The translations under genes were made by a program, and so were the position numbers. A stretch of DNA of 64,000 nucleotides from Bacilli bacterium (GTDB lineage Bacteria > Bacillota_I > Bacilli_A > RFN20 > CAG-826), in the NCBI GenBank assembly GCA_045226015.1, contig JBGVBY010000013.1, positions 147,922 to 211,921 on the forward strand. The letters run 5' to 3'. Of this stretch, positions 18,372 through 27,806 are shown in pieces (position 1 is the stretch's first letter; each line of letters starts with the position of its first letter). The notes under the pieces are model-generated. The model searched no databases, was not told where the DNA came from, and worked only from the letters and a program-made list of their open reading frames with translations.

Positions 18372-20693
18372 TTGAAAGCGAATACTATGTTAGATACTTA
18401 TAAGGTTTTGGAATTCTCTCTTATTCAAGGCAGAATCGTAGAAAAATGTAAGACAGAAAGAGGAAAAGAACTCACTCTTTCTTTAGAAATGTCTACGAAT
18501 AAAGACGAACTTCAAAAGTCTTTAAACAAACTTGATGAAATGATGAATCTTATTTCTAGATACGGCGCTTTACCAATCCATAATAGTGTTCATATCCTTA
18601 AGCTAATTGAACTCGCTAAAAAGACTGCCTTACTCACACCTAATGATCTCAATTTTGTTCTTAATGATATTGAAACCTCAAACAAAATCATTGAACAATT
18701 TGATAAATATAGTCTTTCTTTCCCACTTATTAGAGAAATTATTTTCTCTATGAAAGAACTTTCAAGTCTAGAGAAAGCTATCAAAAAAGTTATCACTCAA
18801 TCTTTAACAGTAAGTGATAACGCTAGTCCAAAACTAAAAGAAATCAGACAAAAGATTAAATCTTTAGAGAGTGGATTAAACTCCAAAGTCTCCTCTTTAG
18901 CGTATTCCTACTCTACTTACTTAAATGATGGAAACGTTACAATCAGAGATGGACATTTTGTTTTACCAGTTAAGACCGCTTATAAAAATAAAGTCCTTGG
19001 TATTATCTATGATGTCAGTGATAGTGGTAACACAACATTTATTGAGCCATTAGAGTTAGTCCAACTTAATAACGATATCGCTTCAAAGAAAATCGAAGAA
19101 AATGAAGAAGTAAGAAAAATCTTAAAAGAACTTACCGCTTTAGTGTTACTTCAAGAAGACGAAGTCATCCATAATAACTTAGTGATTGGAGAACTCGATT
19201 TCTTAAGCGCGAAAGCATTATATGCTTTAGAAGATGATATGCATATCGCTAAGTTATCTAACAAAAAGGAAGTACATTTATATGACGCTCGTCATCCTTT
19301 GATTGATAAAAGTAAAGTTGTTAGTAACGAATACCATCTTGATGAAGAAAAAAGAATCGTCATCATCAGTGGTCCTAACGCCGGAGGAAAAACTGTTTCA
19401 TTAAAAACAGTGGGACTTCTTTCCTTAATGAATCAATGTGGACTTGCTATACCAGTTAAAGAAGGAGCGTTAGGAATCTTTTCACATATCTATTTAGATA
19501 TCGGAGACAATCAATCTCTTAGTGATAACCTATCTACCTTCTCTGGACATATGAAAAATATCGCCGATATCTTATCAGTCACAGGCGGTAACGATTTAGT
19601 GCTACTAGATGAACTTGGTACAGGTACCGATCCAAAAGAAGGAGAAATCATCGCCTTAACAATACTTAAGGAACTTGAAAAGAAACATTCTTTAGCGATG
19701 ATTTCATCACACTATAGCAAGATCAAAGAATACGCTTACTTAAGTAAGAATATCGAAAATAGCTCTATGCTTTTCGATGAAAAGAACTTACTTCCTACAT
19801 ATATTTATAAATACCAGACTCCAGGTAAGTCATACGGGTTTGAAGTTGCGGAAAGATATGGAATATCTAAAGAGGCAATTGAAACCACCAAAGAGGAGTT
19901 CTTAAAAGACGATAAAAATGACTTTGAAGAGCTATTAACTAAACTACAAAAGCAAATCGATGAAAACGAACGTATAAGAAGAAATAATCTTCACGAAAGA
20001 GAAAATCTCGAAAAGGAAAGAAAAACCTTAGAGAACGCTCAAAAGAACGTTCAAAACCAAAAAGATCATCTTCTTGAAGATGTCAAAAAAGAAAAAGAAA
20101 GAATTTTAAACGAACTAAACGGAGAAGTTAATCAAATCATCAAGTCTTTAAGCGGTGGAGAACTTAAACTTCACGAGGCAATCGAACTCAAAAAGAAAGT
20201 GGATGCACTTAAAGATGAAGAGATTGAAATAACCTATAACGAAGAAATTGATATTAATGATTATGTTTCCGTTCCTTCTTTAAACTTAGAAGGTAAAGTT
20301 ATACGTCTAAAAGGAAATAAGGCACATATTATCACTATCGAAGGTATTGAGATGGATGTATCTAAAGATAAACTCCATAAAGTAGACGCTCCTAAAGTGA
20401 GCCATGTGAAGTCTAAATCCTATAATTACGAAAACAAAATCAATACGAATGTTGGTTTAGAACTCAATATTATTGGTTTACATAAAGATGAAGCAAAAGA
20501 AGCTTTGATCAAATATTTGGATAACTGCAAAATCAAAAACATCAAACAAGTACGCATCATCCATGGTTTTGGTAATGGAATCTTGCGTAAAATGGTGCAT
20601 GAATATTTATCCACACTTAAGGGAGTCAAATATCGTTTAGGGGATATCAACGAAGGAGGAGGCGGAGCAACCGTCGTCATTCTTCATGACTGA
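18372..20693 (+). CDS. mutS2: Endonuclease MutS2 (MutS domain plus C-terminal Smr)
   Basis: Walker A GPNAGGKT and a C-terminal Smr domain (LNIIGLHKDEA...VRIIHGFGNG). The start could instead be the ATG at 18384. Confidence 0.92.
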   Translation: MKANTMLDTYKVLEFSLIQGRIVEKCKTERGKELTLSLEMSTNKDELQKSLNKLDEMMNLISRYGALPIHNSVHILKLIELAKKTALLTPNDLNFVLNDIETSNKIIEQFDKYSLSFPLIREIIFSMKELSSLEKAIKKVITQSLTVSDNASPKLKEIRQKIKSLESGLNSKVSSLAYSYSTYLNDGNVTIRDGHFVLPVKTAYKNKVLGIIYDVSDSGNTTFIEPLELVQLNNDIASKKIEENEEVRKILKELTALVLLQEDEVIHNNLVIGELDFLSAKALYALEDDMHIAKLSNKKEVHLYDARHPLIDKSKVVSNEYHLDEEKRIVIISGPNAGGKTVSLKTVGLLSLMNQCGLAIPVKEGALGIFSHIYLDIGDNQSLSDNLSTFSGHMKNIADILSVTGGNDLVLLDELGTGTDPKEGEIIALTILKELEKKHSLAMISSHYSKIKEYAYLSKNIENSSMLFDEKNLLPTYIYKYQTPGKSYGFEVAERYGISKEAIETTKEEFLKDDKNDFEELLTKLQKQIDENERIRRNNLHERENLEKERKTLENAQKNVQNQKDHLLEDVKKEKERILNELNGEVNQIIKSLSGGELKLHEAIELKKKVDALKDEEIEITYNEEIDINDYVSVPSLNLEGKVIRLKGNKAHIITIEGIEMDVSKDKLHKVDAPKVSHVKSKSYNYENKINTNVGLELNIIGLHKDEAKEALIKYLDNCKIKNIKQVRIIHGFGNGILRKMVHEYLSTLKGVKYRLGDINEGGGGATVVILHD

Positions 20694-22437
20694 GAAAATT
20701 AAGCTCCTCATTTCTAATCTTAAACACTCTCCTGGAGTGTATTTAATGCACGATGTTAATGGGACTATTATCTATGTTGGCAAAGCCAAAGACCTCCAAA
20801 AAAGAGTGTCACAATATTTTTTACGTCCTCAAACTGGAAAAGTTTTTAAGATGGTGCAATCTGTCGATTATTTTGAGACCATCATCGTTCAAAATGAAAA
20901 AGAAGCACTTATCTTAGAAATGAATCTAATTAAGGAACATTACCCTAGATTCAATATCCTTCTAAAAGATGGAAGTCATTACCCATATATTGCAATCAAA
21001 AAGAAGGGTGATGTCACTCTTACTATTAAAAGAAATAATAAAGACAAAGGTTATGACTATTATGGACCATACCCTAATAGTGGAGCGGCCTACAAAATGG
21101 TGGATCTCCTTAATAAAATCTACCCAATCAGAAAATGTCGTTCTATACCTAGTTCAGTGTGTCTATATTATCACCTTGGACAATGTTTAGCCCCTTGCGT
21201 CAATAAAATCGACGAAAGTGAGTATGATACGTTAAGAGAAAAGATAAAATCTTTTCTAAATGGCAATAATGACGAAGTTATTAAAGAGTTAAAAGTAAAG
21301 ATGAACATTGCTAGTGAGTCACTCAACTACGAACTTGCTAGAGACTATAAAAACCTCATTGATTCTATTGAACACATCAATACTTCAATGTCTGTAGAAC
21401 TCAAAGACAAAATTGATCGCGATATTTTCGCTTATTCTACTAGAAATGGCTATATATCAATCGCGTTCCTTCTTTTTAGAAATGGAATGTTATTAGGCAA
21501 AGAAAGTCATGTTGTGGAATCCTTTGGAGAAATTGAAGAACAAGTTAGCGACTTAATCACTCAGTTCTACGACAAGATGCCTTTACCAACTCAAATCATC
21601 ATAAATGATGATAAGGTTATAGATAACTTAAGTGGATATTTAGACACTAGTATTTTAAAAGTGTCGCGTGGACACATCTATGATTTGGTGATGTCAGCGA
21701 AAAGTAATGCGGATAACGCGCTTGATGAGTATTTCCTTTCTTCTAAACTAGACGAAGATAAGGTTGCTTTATTAGAAGAACTTGGAGAACTTTTATCTAT
21801 CTCCACTCCATATCATATCGAATTATTTGATAATTCTCATTTACAAGGCTCTTCTCCAGTGGGAGCGATGGTGACCTTCATTAACGGAGAACCAGCAAAA
21901 AACTTATATAGAAAATTTAAAATCGAGCACGATGAGGCTCGCGATGACTTTAAGAGCATGGAAGAAGTGATCACTCGTCATTACTCTAGACTTAAAAATG
22001 ATCACAAAAAGTATCCAGACTTAATCTTAGTGGATGGAGGATTGCCCCAAGTTAAAAGTGCTTCTCAAGCGTTAAAGAATATTGAAGTAGATATTCCTGT
22101 CTATGGTTTATTTAAGAATGATAAACACTCCACAAGTGGATTAATCGATATTGATGGAAATGAATATCCTATTACTGATAAGAAGTTATTTTTCTTATTA
22201 ACAAGGATGCAAGATGAAGTACATCGCTTTGCGATCTCTTTCCATAAGGAGAAAAGAAATAAGGCAATGACTGTCTCGATTTTTGATGAAGTAAATGGAT
22301 TAGGTCAAAAAAGAAGAGAATTAATTTCTAAGTTCTACCCCGATATCAATTCGTTAAACGAAGCGACAGTGGAGGAACTAAGTCAAATTCTTCCTAAAGA
22401 CGTTGCTACTTCTTTGTTTAATAAATTACACAATTAA
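20686..22437 (+). CDS. uvrC: Excinuclease ABC subunit C
   Basis: GIY-YIG motif (GVYLMHDVNGTIIYVGKAKDLQKR), UvrBC-interacting and RNase H-like/HhH C-terminal regions. Its ATG overlaps the mutS2 TGA stop. Confidence 0.95.
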   Translation: MTEKIKLLISNLKHSPGVYLMHDVNGTIIYVGKAKDLQKRVSQYFLRPQTGKVFKMVQSVDYFETIIVQNEKEALILEMNLIKEHYPRFNILLKDGSHYPYIAIKKKGDVTLTIKRNNKDKGYDYYGPYPNSGAAYKMVDLLNKIYPIRKCRSIPSSVCLYYHLGQCLAPCVNKIDESEYDTLREKIKSFLNGNNDEVIKELKVKMNIASESLNYELARDYKNLIDSIEHINTSMSVELKDKIDRDIFAYSTRNGYISIAFLLFRNGMLLGKESHVVESFGEIEEQVSDLITQFYDKMPLPTQIIINDDKVIDNLSGYLDTSILKVSRGHIYDLVMSAKSNADNALDEYFLSSKLDEDKVALLEELGELLSISTPYHIELFDNSHLQGSSPVGAMVTFINGEPAKNLYRKFKIEHDEARDDFKSMEEVITRHYSRLKNDHKKYPDLILVDGGLPQVKSASQALKNIEVDIPVYGLFKNDKHSTSGLIDIDGNEYPITDKKLFFLLTRMQDEVHRFAISFHKEKRNKAMTVSIFDEVNGLGQKRRELISKFYPDINSLNEATVEELSQILPKDVATSLFNKLHN

Positions 22438-22489
22438 ACTTGAAAAAACATTTATCATTTAAGATAATAATAAAGCGCAAAGCGTAAAT

Positions 22490-22566
<77 letters not shown>

Positions 22567-22580
22567 TCACATAATACAAT

Positions 22581-22614
22581 ATCCAATGTCTAAAGACATT
22601 GGATTTTGTTTTGC
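22581..22614 (+). terminator. Intrinsic terminator after the tRNA
   Basis: ATCCAATGTCT-AAA-GACATTGGAT followed by TTTTGTTTTG. Confidence 0.75.
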
Positions 22615-22791
22615 TTATATACAAGATTTCAATGTCTAAAAGCTATATAAAAAGTTCCTAAAAGCAGTGGGAATAAAATGGTTAAAGAAAAGTTAAAAGT
22701 CTGCAGGAGATGTATAATAGTGGAATGTGTGACACTTTTGTGGCAGACTTTGTGGTAATATTAAAAATATTTTTAAAAGTGAGGTATTTTT

Positions 22792-24282
22792 ATGCAAAAG
22801 AAAAAACTAGTATTATTAATCACATCGATTTTGTCAGTCGGTGCTGTTTCTACTACCATTTTAGTGTCAAATAATATTTCACTTTCTTTGAACGCTAAAG
22901 CTGATGTTGAACCATATACATTAACTATTAACGCCTCAAACAAATCTAATTTTGTGCAAGATGGCGATGTCTATAGAGGAACATTTAAAACCGCTCTTGG
23001 AAATGATATCGTTTTTAGAACAAAATCAGCCCCATCTAGTCAGGTAGGTGTTGTCTTTGAATTTACTAGCTTAAGCGATTATTTAATCAATGAAACTCCT
23101 CTTAGAGGGGTCACAAGTATCGAATTTACTGGCCATTATTTAAGAAATGGAAGTTTAAGTACATTTGGCTCTCTATACACATATTATCTAGAAGACCTTG
23201 ATATGGCCAGTTTAGATAAGGACGATCTTACCAATTCTACTAAACGCATAGAACCAGTAAGCGAATATCATCATCAATATGTTGTAGAAACTGGAAACTC
23301 GTTTGATAGAGCGGGCTCTTTATATTATTACATTGGTAATAAAGACTATGTTTATTCAAATTCAGATTGGGTTATTGAATCAGTCAAATACGTTTTTAGC
23401 TGTCAAAGCACTAAAACATATGTCAGTGTGACAAGTTCTGATTCCTCAAAAGGCAATGTTGCTATCGATAGTGCGGTAGCGAATAATAAAGGCTATAAAG
23501 TTGTCGCTAATGGAACTTCTGTCAAAATTCATGCTTACCCATTCTATAATTATCAAAATGATAATTTCTGTCTCTTTAAGGGATGGCATTTAAATGGCAG
23601 CGAACAAATCATTAGCACCGATGCTGATTACGCGTTCGTAACTGAACAAGATGGTGTTTATAAGTTTGTTGCAGAATTTATCGAAGCACCAAGTGAAACT
23701 TTTAGACAAGGTGTTAGATTATGCTATCAAGAAGAAGATTATTTTGGTAACATGCAATGGTATGAAGAAGATACTGATACATTCGTTAAATCTTATGATG
23801 GAGCATATTATGACCTCGAAAGTTATGTTGACACCATTAGTGGAAAAGGCCATTGTGAAACTCAAAGTTTTGATGAAGATGATTTATGGCATCAACACGC
23901 TAGAGGCACATCTGCCCTGACTCCTTATTTACGTTTAAACAAAAATTATAGTAAATACTATAAAGCGGACGGACAAGGCCACCAAGAAAAGGTTAATGTC
24001 AAAGACTTCGATCCTGATAAAGTTAGCTGTATTGAATTAGTGCTTGATAAGAGTGATGCGTGTGCAAGAGATGATCTTTCAATTAGTGGTGGCAATTTTG
24101 CCCACACAAAAAAAGATATCAATGATACTGACGGCAAAAAGATTTCTAAATTCTATATCGATAGTTTTACAAAAGACGTAATCAAAATCAGTATTCCTGA
24201 TAATATTAGTGACGTTAACTTCTTTAAGGTCAAAAGATTAGTGGTTCACTACAAAGTTGAAATTCCTCAACTCGAACAATAA
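22792..24282 (+). CDS. Secreted or surface protein of unknown function
   Basis: N-terminal signal peptide. A TGTATAAT extended -10 box lies upstream at ~22708. Confidence 0.5.
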   Translation: MQKKKLVLLITSILSVGAVSTTILVSNNISLSLNAKADVEPYTLTINASNKSNFVQDGDVYRGTFKTALGNDIVFRTKSAPSSQVGVVFEFTSLSDYLINETPLRGVTSIEFTGHYLRNGSLSTFGSLYTYYLEDLDMASLDKDDLTNSTKRIEPVSEYHHQYVVETGNSFDRAGSLYYYIGNKDYVYSNSDWVIESVKYVFSCQSTKTYVSVTSSDSSKGNVAIDSAVANNKGYKVVANGTSVKIHAYPFYNYQNDNFCLFKGWHLNGSEQIISTDADYAFVTEQDGVYKFVAEFIEAPSETFRQGVRLCYQEEDYFGNMQWYEEDTDTFVKSYDGAYYDLESYVDTISGKGHCETQSFDEDDLWHQHARGTSALTPYLRLNKNYSKYYKADGQGHQEKVNVKDFDPDKVSCIELVLDKSDACARDDLSISGGNFAHTKKDINDTDGKKISKFYIDSFTKDVIKISIPDNISDVNFFKVKRLVVHYKVEIPQLEQ

Positions 24283-24612
24283 AATACAGGCTCTCTACAT
24301 TCTGACGGGGTTTAACGGGGACCCTTGAGCCAAACTCCCAAAAACTCTACATTCTAAGGTGGTATATCCTCAGTGGTATATCACCTTTGATTTTTATAGG
24401 TCAAAATAAGCATTACTCTTGATCCAAATCTTTTAAAACTTCGATATTCATGAGCGAAGCGCATAGTAAATGTCTAATTCTAAGTTATTAACTATGTTAC
24501 AAATTGCTTATTGACTATTAACTCTGTTACAGCTAGACATTGTTAATAACAGCATCGATGTTATTCGGTGCTGTTTTTGTTTATAATTGTATTAACAAAT
24601 AGGAGCAAAATT

Positions 24613-25176
24613 ATGAAAAAAGAAATCAAAACCAAAGACGCAATATTTCCAATGCCAGTGCTTTTAATATCAACATTTAATGAAGACGGAAGTGTTGATG
24701 TCATGAACGCTGCATGGGGAACAATGCTTGATCAAGGTGTTGTCGCTTTAAATTTAAGCGAAACACATAAAACGGTTGAGAATATCAAAGTTAGAAAAGG
24801 ACTTGTGGTCCATATTGCTGATGCAAAGCATGTTGTGGAAGCTGATTATTTTGGAATGGTCAGTGGACATAGAGAGCCTAAAAAGTTTGAAAAATCAAAA
24901 TTAACATGTGTTAAATCCGAACTTGTAGACGCTCCAATTATTAATGAATTTCCAATCGCCATAGAATGCGAATTCGTTGAATTCCAAAACGATGCAACAG
25001 GCATCGGATTAATCGCTAAGGTTCTAAGAACCTCTGTTGAAGAAAATTGTCTAACAGATGGTAAAGTAGATATCAATAAAGTTGAAGCTATCGCCTTTGA
25101 TCCATACACTCATAGCTACTATAAAGTCCATACAAGAGTGGGAGACGCCTTCAAAGACGGACTTAAATTAAAATAG
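24613..25176 (+). CDS. Flavin reductase-like (FMN-binding split-barrel) protein
   Basis: IFPMPVLLISTFNEDGSVDVMNAAWG, typical of the flavin reductase-like domain. An AGGAG RBS precedes the ATG at 24613; the track start at 24568 is probably too early. Confidence 0.65.
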   Translation: MKKEIKTKDAIFPMPVLLISTFNEDGSVDVMNAAWGTMLDQGVVALNLSETHKTVENIKVRKGLVVHIADAKHVVEADYFGMVSGHREPKKFEKSKLTCVKSELVDAPIINEFPIAIECEFVEFQNDATGIGLIAKVLRTSVEENCLTDGKVDINKVEAIAFDPYTHSYYKVHTRVGDAFKDGLKLK

Positions 25177-25217
25177 TTTTAAAATCATAATACGATTAAC
25201 TTTGATGCTGGATGGTG

Positions 25218-26276
25218 TCAATGTTTTTTATTTTTAGACAGCTCTTTTTCAATTTCTTCTATAGAAGGTAAACTGCCTTTGTAATTATCAGGAATTAATT
25301 TAGATAATTCAAACGAAGAAACGCCTAATGGCTGAGAAGAAGATTCCATGGAATAACTTGCTAATACATTATCTTTGTCTTTACAAACAAGAATACCAAT
25401 TGTCTTTGAATCTATCTCGCTTTTTAAGATATGATCAACTGCTACTACATATGTGCCTAATTGACCTGTATATTCTGGCTTGAAAGTAGTGGTTTTAACT
25501 TCAATAACAACATAGGCATGTACTTGAGTGTTATAGAATAACATATCTAGGAATTGTTCTGTTTCTCCAACCATTAAACGATATTCTCTTCCTATGTATG
25601 CAAAGCCAGTTCCTAACTCTAATAGGAATTTTTGAATGTTATTAATTAATGCATCTTTTAATTCTTTTTCTGAGAAATCATTATCAAGGGAAATGAAATT
25701 AAAATTATAAGGATCCTTCGTCAGTTGTTTTGCTAAATCGCTATTTTCTTTTGGTAATGTTAATTCAAAATTGTTAATAGCCTTACCTTGCCTTTCATAA
25801 AGATTAGAATCAAGTTGGACTCTTAAAATTGATCTAGACCATCCATTTTCTATTGTTTTTTGAATATAAAATAGAGCTTTCTTTCGGTCTTTTTTCACCT
25901 TGTCTAGAAGAATAAGAATATGGCCCCAAGGCACCATTGTAATTTGCGCAACAACTTGCTGCGTAATTTTATTTTCCGGAAACAATTCATAGAATTGATG
26001 CATTGCTTGAAGGTTTCTTATAGAGAATCCTCTAGCGTCTTGAAACTGCTCATTTAGGTCTTTTGAAAGGGATGCATAAAATTTAGAACCCCATCTAGCT
26101 TCACTTTTCATTTTTACGATGTCTCTTCCAAGTGACCAATAAAAACGAATTAATTCACTGTTTACATGAACTGCTGCTTTGATTTGAGATTGTCTATATC
26201 TCTTTTTTAATTCTTTTATCCAGTTTTGATAATCTTCATCAAGTATGGATAATACTTTTTCACTAACTTCTTTCAT
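25218..26276 (-). CDS. DUF1016 (YhcG-like) PD-(D/E)XK nuclease-fold protein
   Basis: Characteristic DUF1016 N-terminus (NSELIRFYWSLGRDI...WGSKF...LSKDL...ARGFSIRNLQAM..FY) and a C-terminal PD-(D/E)XK-like core. Confidence 0.75.
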   Translation of the reverse strand: MKEVSEKVLSILDEDYQNWIKELKKRYRQSQIKAAVHVNSELIRFYWSLGRDIVKMKSEARWGSKFYASLSKDLNEQFQDARGFSIRNLQAMHQFYELFPENKITQQVVAQITMVPWGHILILLDKVKKDRKKALFYIQKTIENGWSRSILRVQLDSNLYERQGKAINNFELTLPKENSDLAKQLTKDPYNFNFISLDNDFSEKELKDALINNIQKFLLELGTGFAYIGREYRLMVGETEQFLDMLFYNTQVHAYVVIEVKTTTFKPEYTGQLGTYVVAVDHILKSEIDSKTIGILVCKDKDNVLASYSMESSSQPLGVSSFELSKLIPDNYKGSLPSIEEIEKELSKNKKH

Positions 26277-26730
26277 AATAAAATCTCCTTTCGATAGTTA
26301 GGCAAAGTGATGCTTTCAAAAGGAGATAAAAAGCCATCCAAATTGAAAACACCTTTTTGTAACTAACTGCTGATATCCCTATCAACCATAGTTACTGGTG
26401 TTTCATCCCACGTTGGATGGCCTCTGATTCAAATGCTAATAATTGTGTGGAGCGTGGACGATGATATCGTCTTCTGGGCGATGCTTTCCACAATGCAAGA
26501 TCCTAACACGTCCAATCTTGCAGTTTATAGTAGGGTGCCCTATCGTGTACCTGCGTATGGTCGACTTTGCTTATAGCTAGTTCATAGCGCCGATAGTCTG
26601 CTAATATATACACTTTTATTATAAGTTTTTGTTGTCTATGCATCAATGTAATTTATTTATAAATTATTAGGCAGTTACTAAAAACAAGAGTAATATGATA
26701 GGTAGTTATTTTTAAAAGAGGAAATGTATT

Positions 26731-27051
26731 ATGAGTGCTATTGAAATTGCAGTTTTGATTTTATCAAGTGTTGACGCTTTTTGCTGTGTTGTCTGTCGAG
26801 TACCTCAAGTAGTGAGGTTGATCAAATTAAAAGAATCTCAAGCTATTTCGATTCCTTTCTGGGCGTGTAACATTTTATCTTGTTTTATGTGTATTACTGC
26901 TTATTCTTTGCAGTTATCAATTGGTAATATTTCAATGGTTATCTTCTTATGTTCAGCGACATTTAATCTTGTGCTTAACACTTTGATTTTCTTCTTGGTT
27001 CGTAAGTATCGTAAGAGAAACTCTAAAATGACTCCAGTAGTGCAGCAATAA
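26731..27051 (+). CDS. Small 3-TM PQ-loop membrane protein (SemiSWEET-like)
   Basis: 106 aa, three predicted TM helices, with a PQ motif in TM1 (CRVPQVVRLIK). Confidence 0.5.
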   Translation: MSAIEIAVLILSSVDAFCCVVCRVPQVVRLIKLKESQAISIPFWACNILSCFMCITAYSLQLSIGNISMVIFLCSATFNLVLNTLIFFLVRKYRKRNSKMTPVVQQ

Positions 27052-27685
27052 CTCTTTGTAATACTTCATTCACTTTATAGACGTTATCTTCATATAAAGT
27101 GCCTCTTAATTCATTATTAGAGATGATTCTAAACGCGATTGTAGGAATCATCTTTTCTTTACAAGCTTTATATATAGCGATAGTCTCCATGTCTTCACAT
27201 AAATGATGATGTTTACTGTGTAAAGATTTAATCATTTCTTTATCTTTGGTGAAGAAATCTCCTGATAGAGTCGCTCCGTGACGAATATGGGCAGTAGAGT
27301 TTTTGTCTAGTAATTTTCCTAACTTTTCATCACCTTTAATAACTATTTTCGTTTCATCAATTACATCCCAAGTAGATGTAGGAGTGTTACTCATGACATA
27401 ACCTCCGTGATAAATTGCTTCATCACAAATAACAATGTCTCCATCGTTAACGTCTAAAGTGTGTCCACCTGCAGTTCCAATGTTAATCACAATATCTGGA
27501 TGAATTTCTTCAATTAAAGAGTTAGTGGATGAAAAAGCGTTTATGATACCCACTCCTGTAAGAGCGGTGTATATTTCGTTATCATTTATTTTTGCAAAGC
27601 AAAAATTAACTTTTGATTCTGCTTTAATAAGTTTGTTCAACAAAGAAATTTCTTTAGTTAGGGCCGCTAAAATCAGGATTTTCAT
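27023..27685 (-). CDS. mtnN: 5'-methylthioadenosine/S-adenosylhomocysteine nucleosidase
   Basis: PNP/UDP phosphorylase fold motifs VINIGTAGG, SGDFF and EDMET. Confidence 0.85.
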   Translation of the reverse strand: MKILILAALTKEISLLNKLIKAESKVNFCFAKINDNEIYTALTGVGIINAFSSTNSLIEEIHPDIVINIGTAGGHTLDVNDGDIVICDEAIYHGGYVMSNTPTSTWDVIDETKIVIKGDEKLGKLLDKNSTAHIRHGATLSGDFFTKDKEMIKSLHSKHHHLCEDMETIAIYKACKEKMIPTIAFRIISNNELRGTLYEDNVYKVNEVLQRVIAALLESF

Positions 27686-27806
27686 ATTTCAATTATCAAA
27701 CAATTCTCTCTCAAAGTCTAATTATAACTATGTAATGTGTTATTTATTTTAAATAAGAAGTGTGATAGATTAATACCGTTAGATCAAATAATGAAGAGGT
27801 AGAAAT

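Noticed and set aside
22678-22758. 26-codon Cys-rich ORF (MVKEKLKVCRRCIIVECVTLLWQTLW) downstream of the tRNA
   Set aside because: It overlaps a long inverted repeat and the extended -10 promoter of the next gene, and has no RBS.
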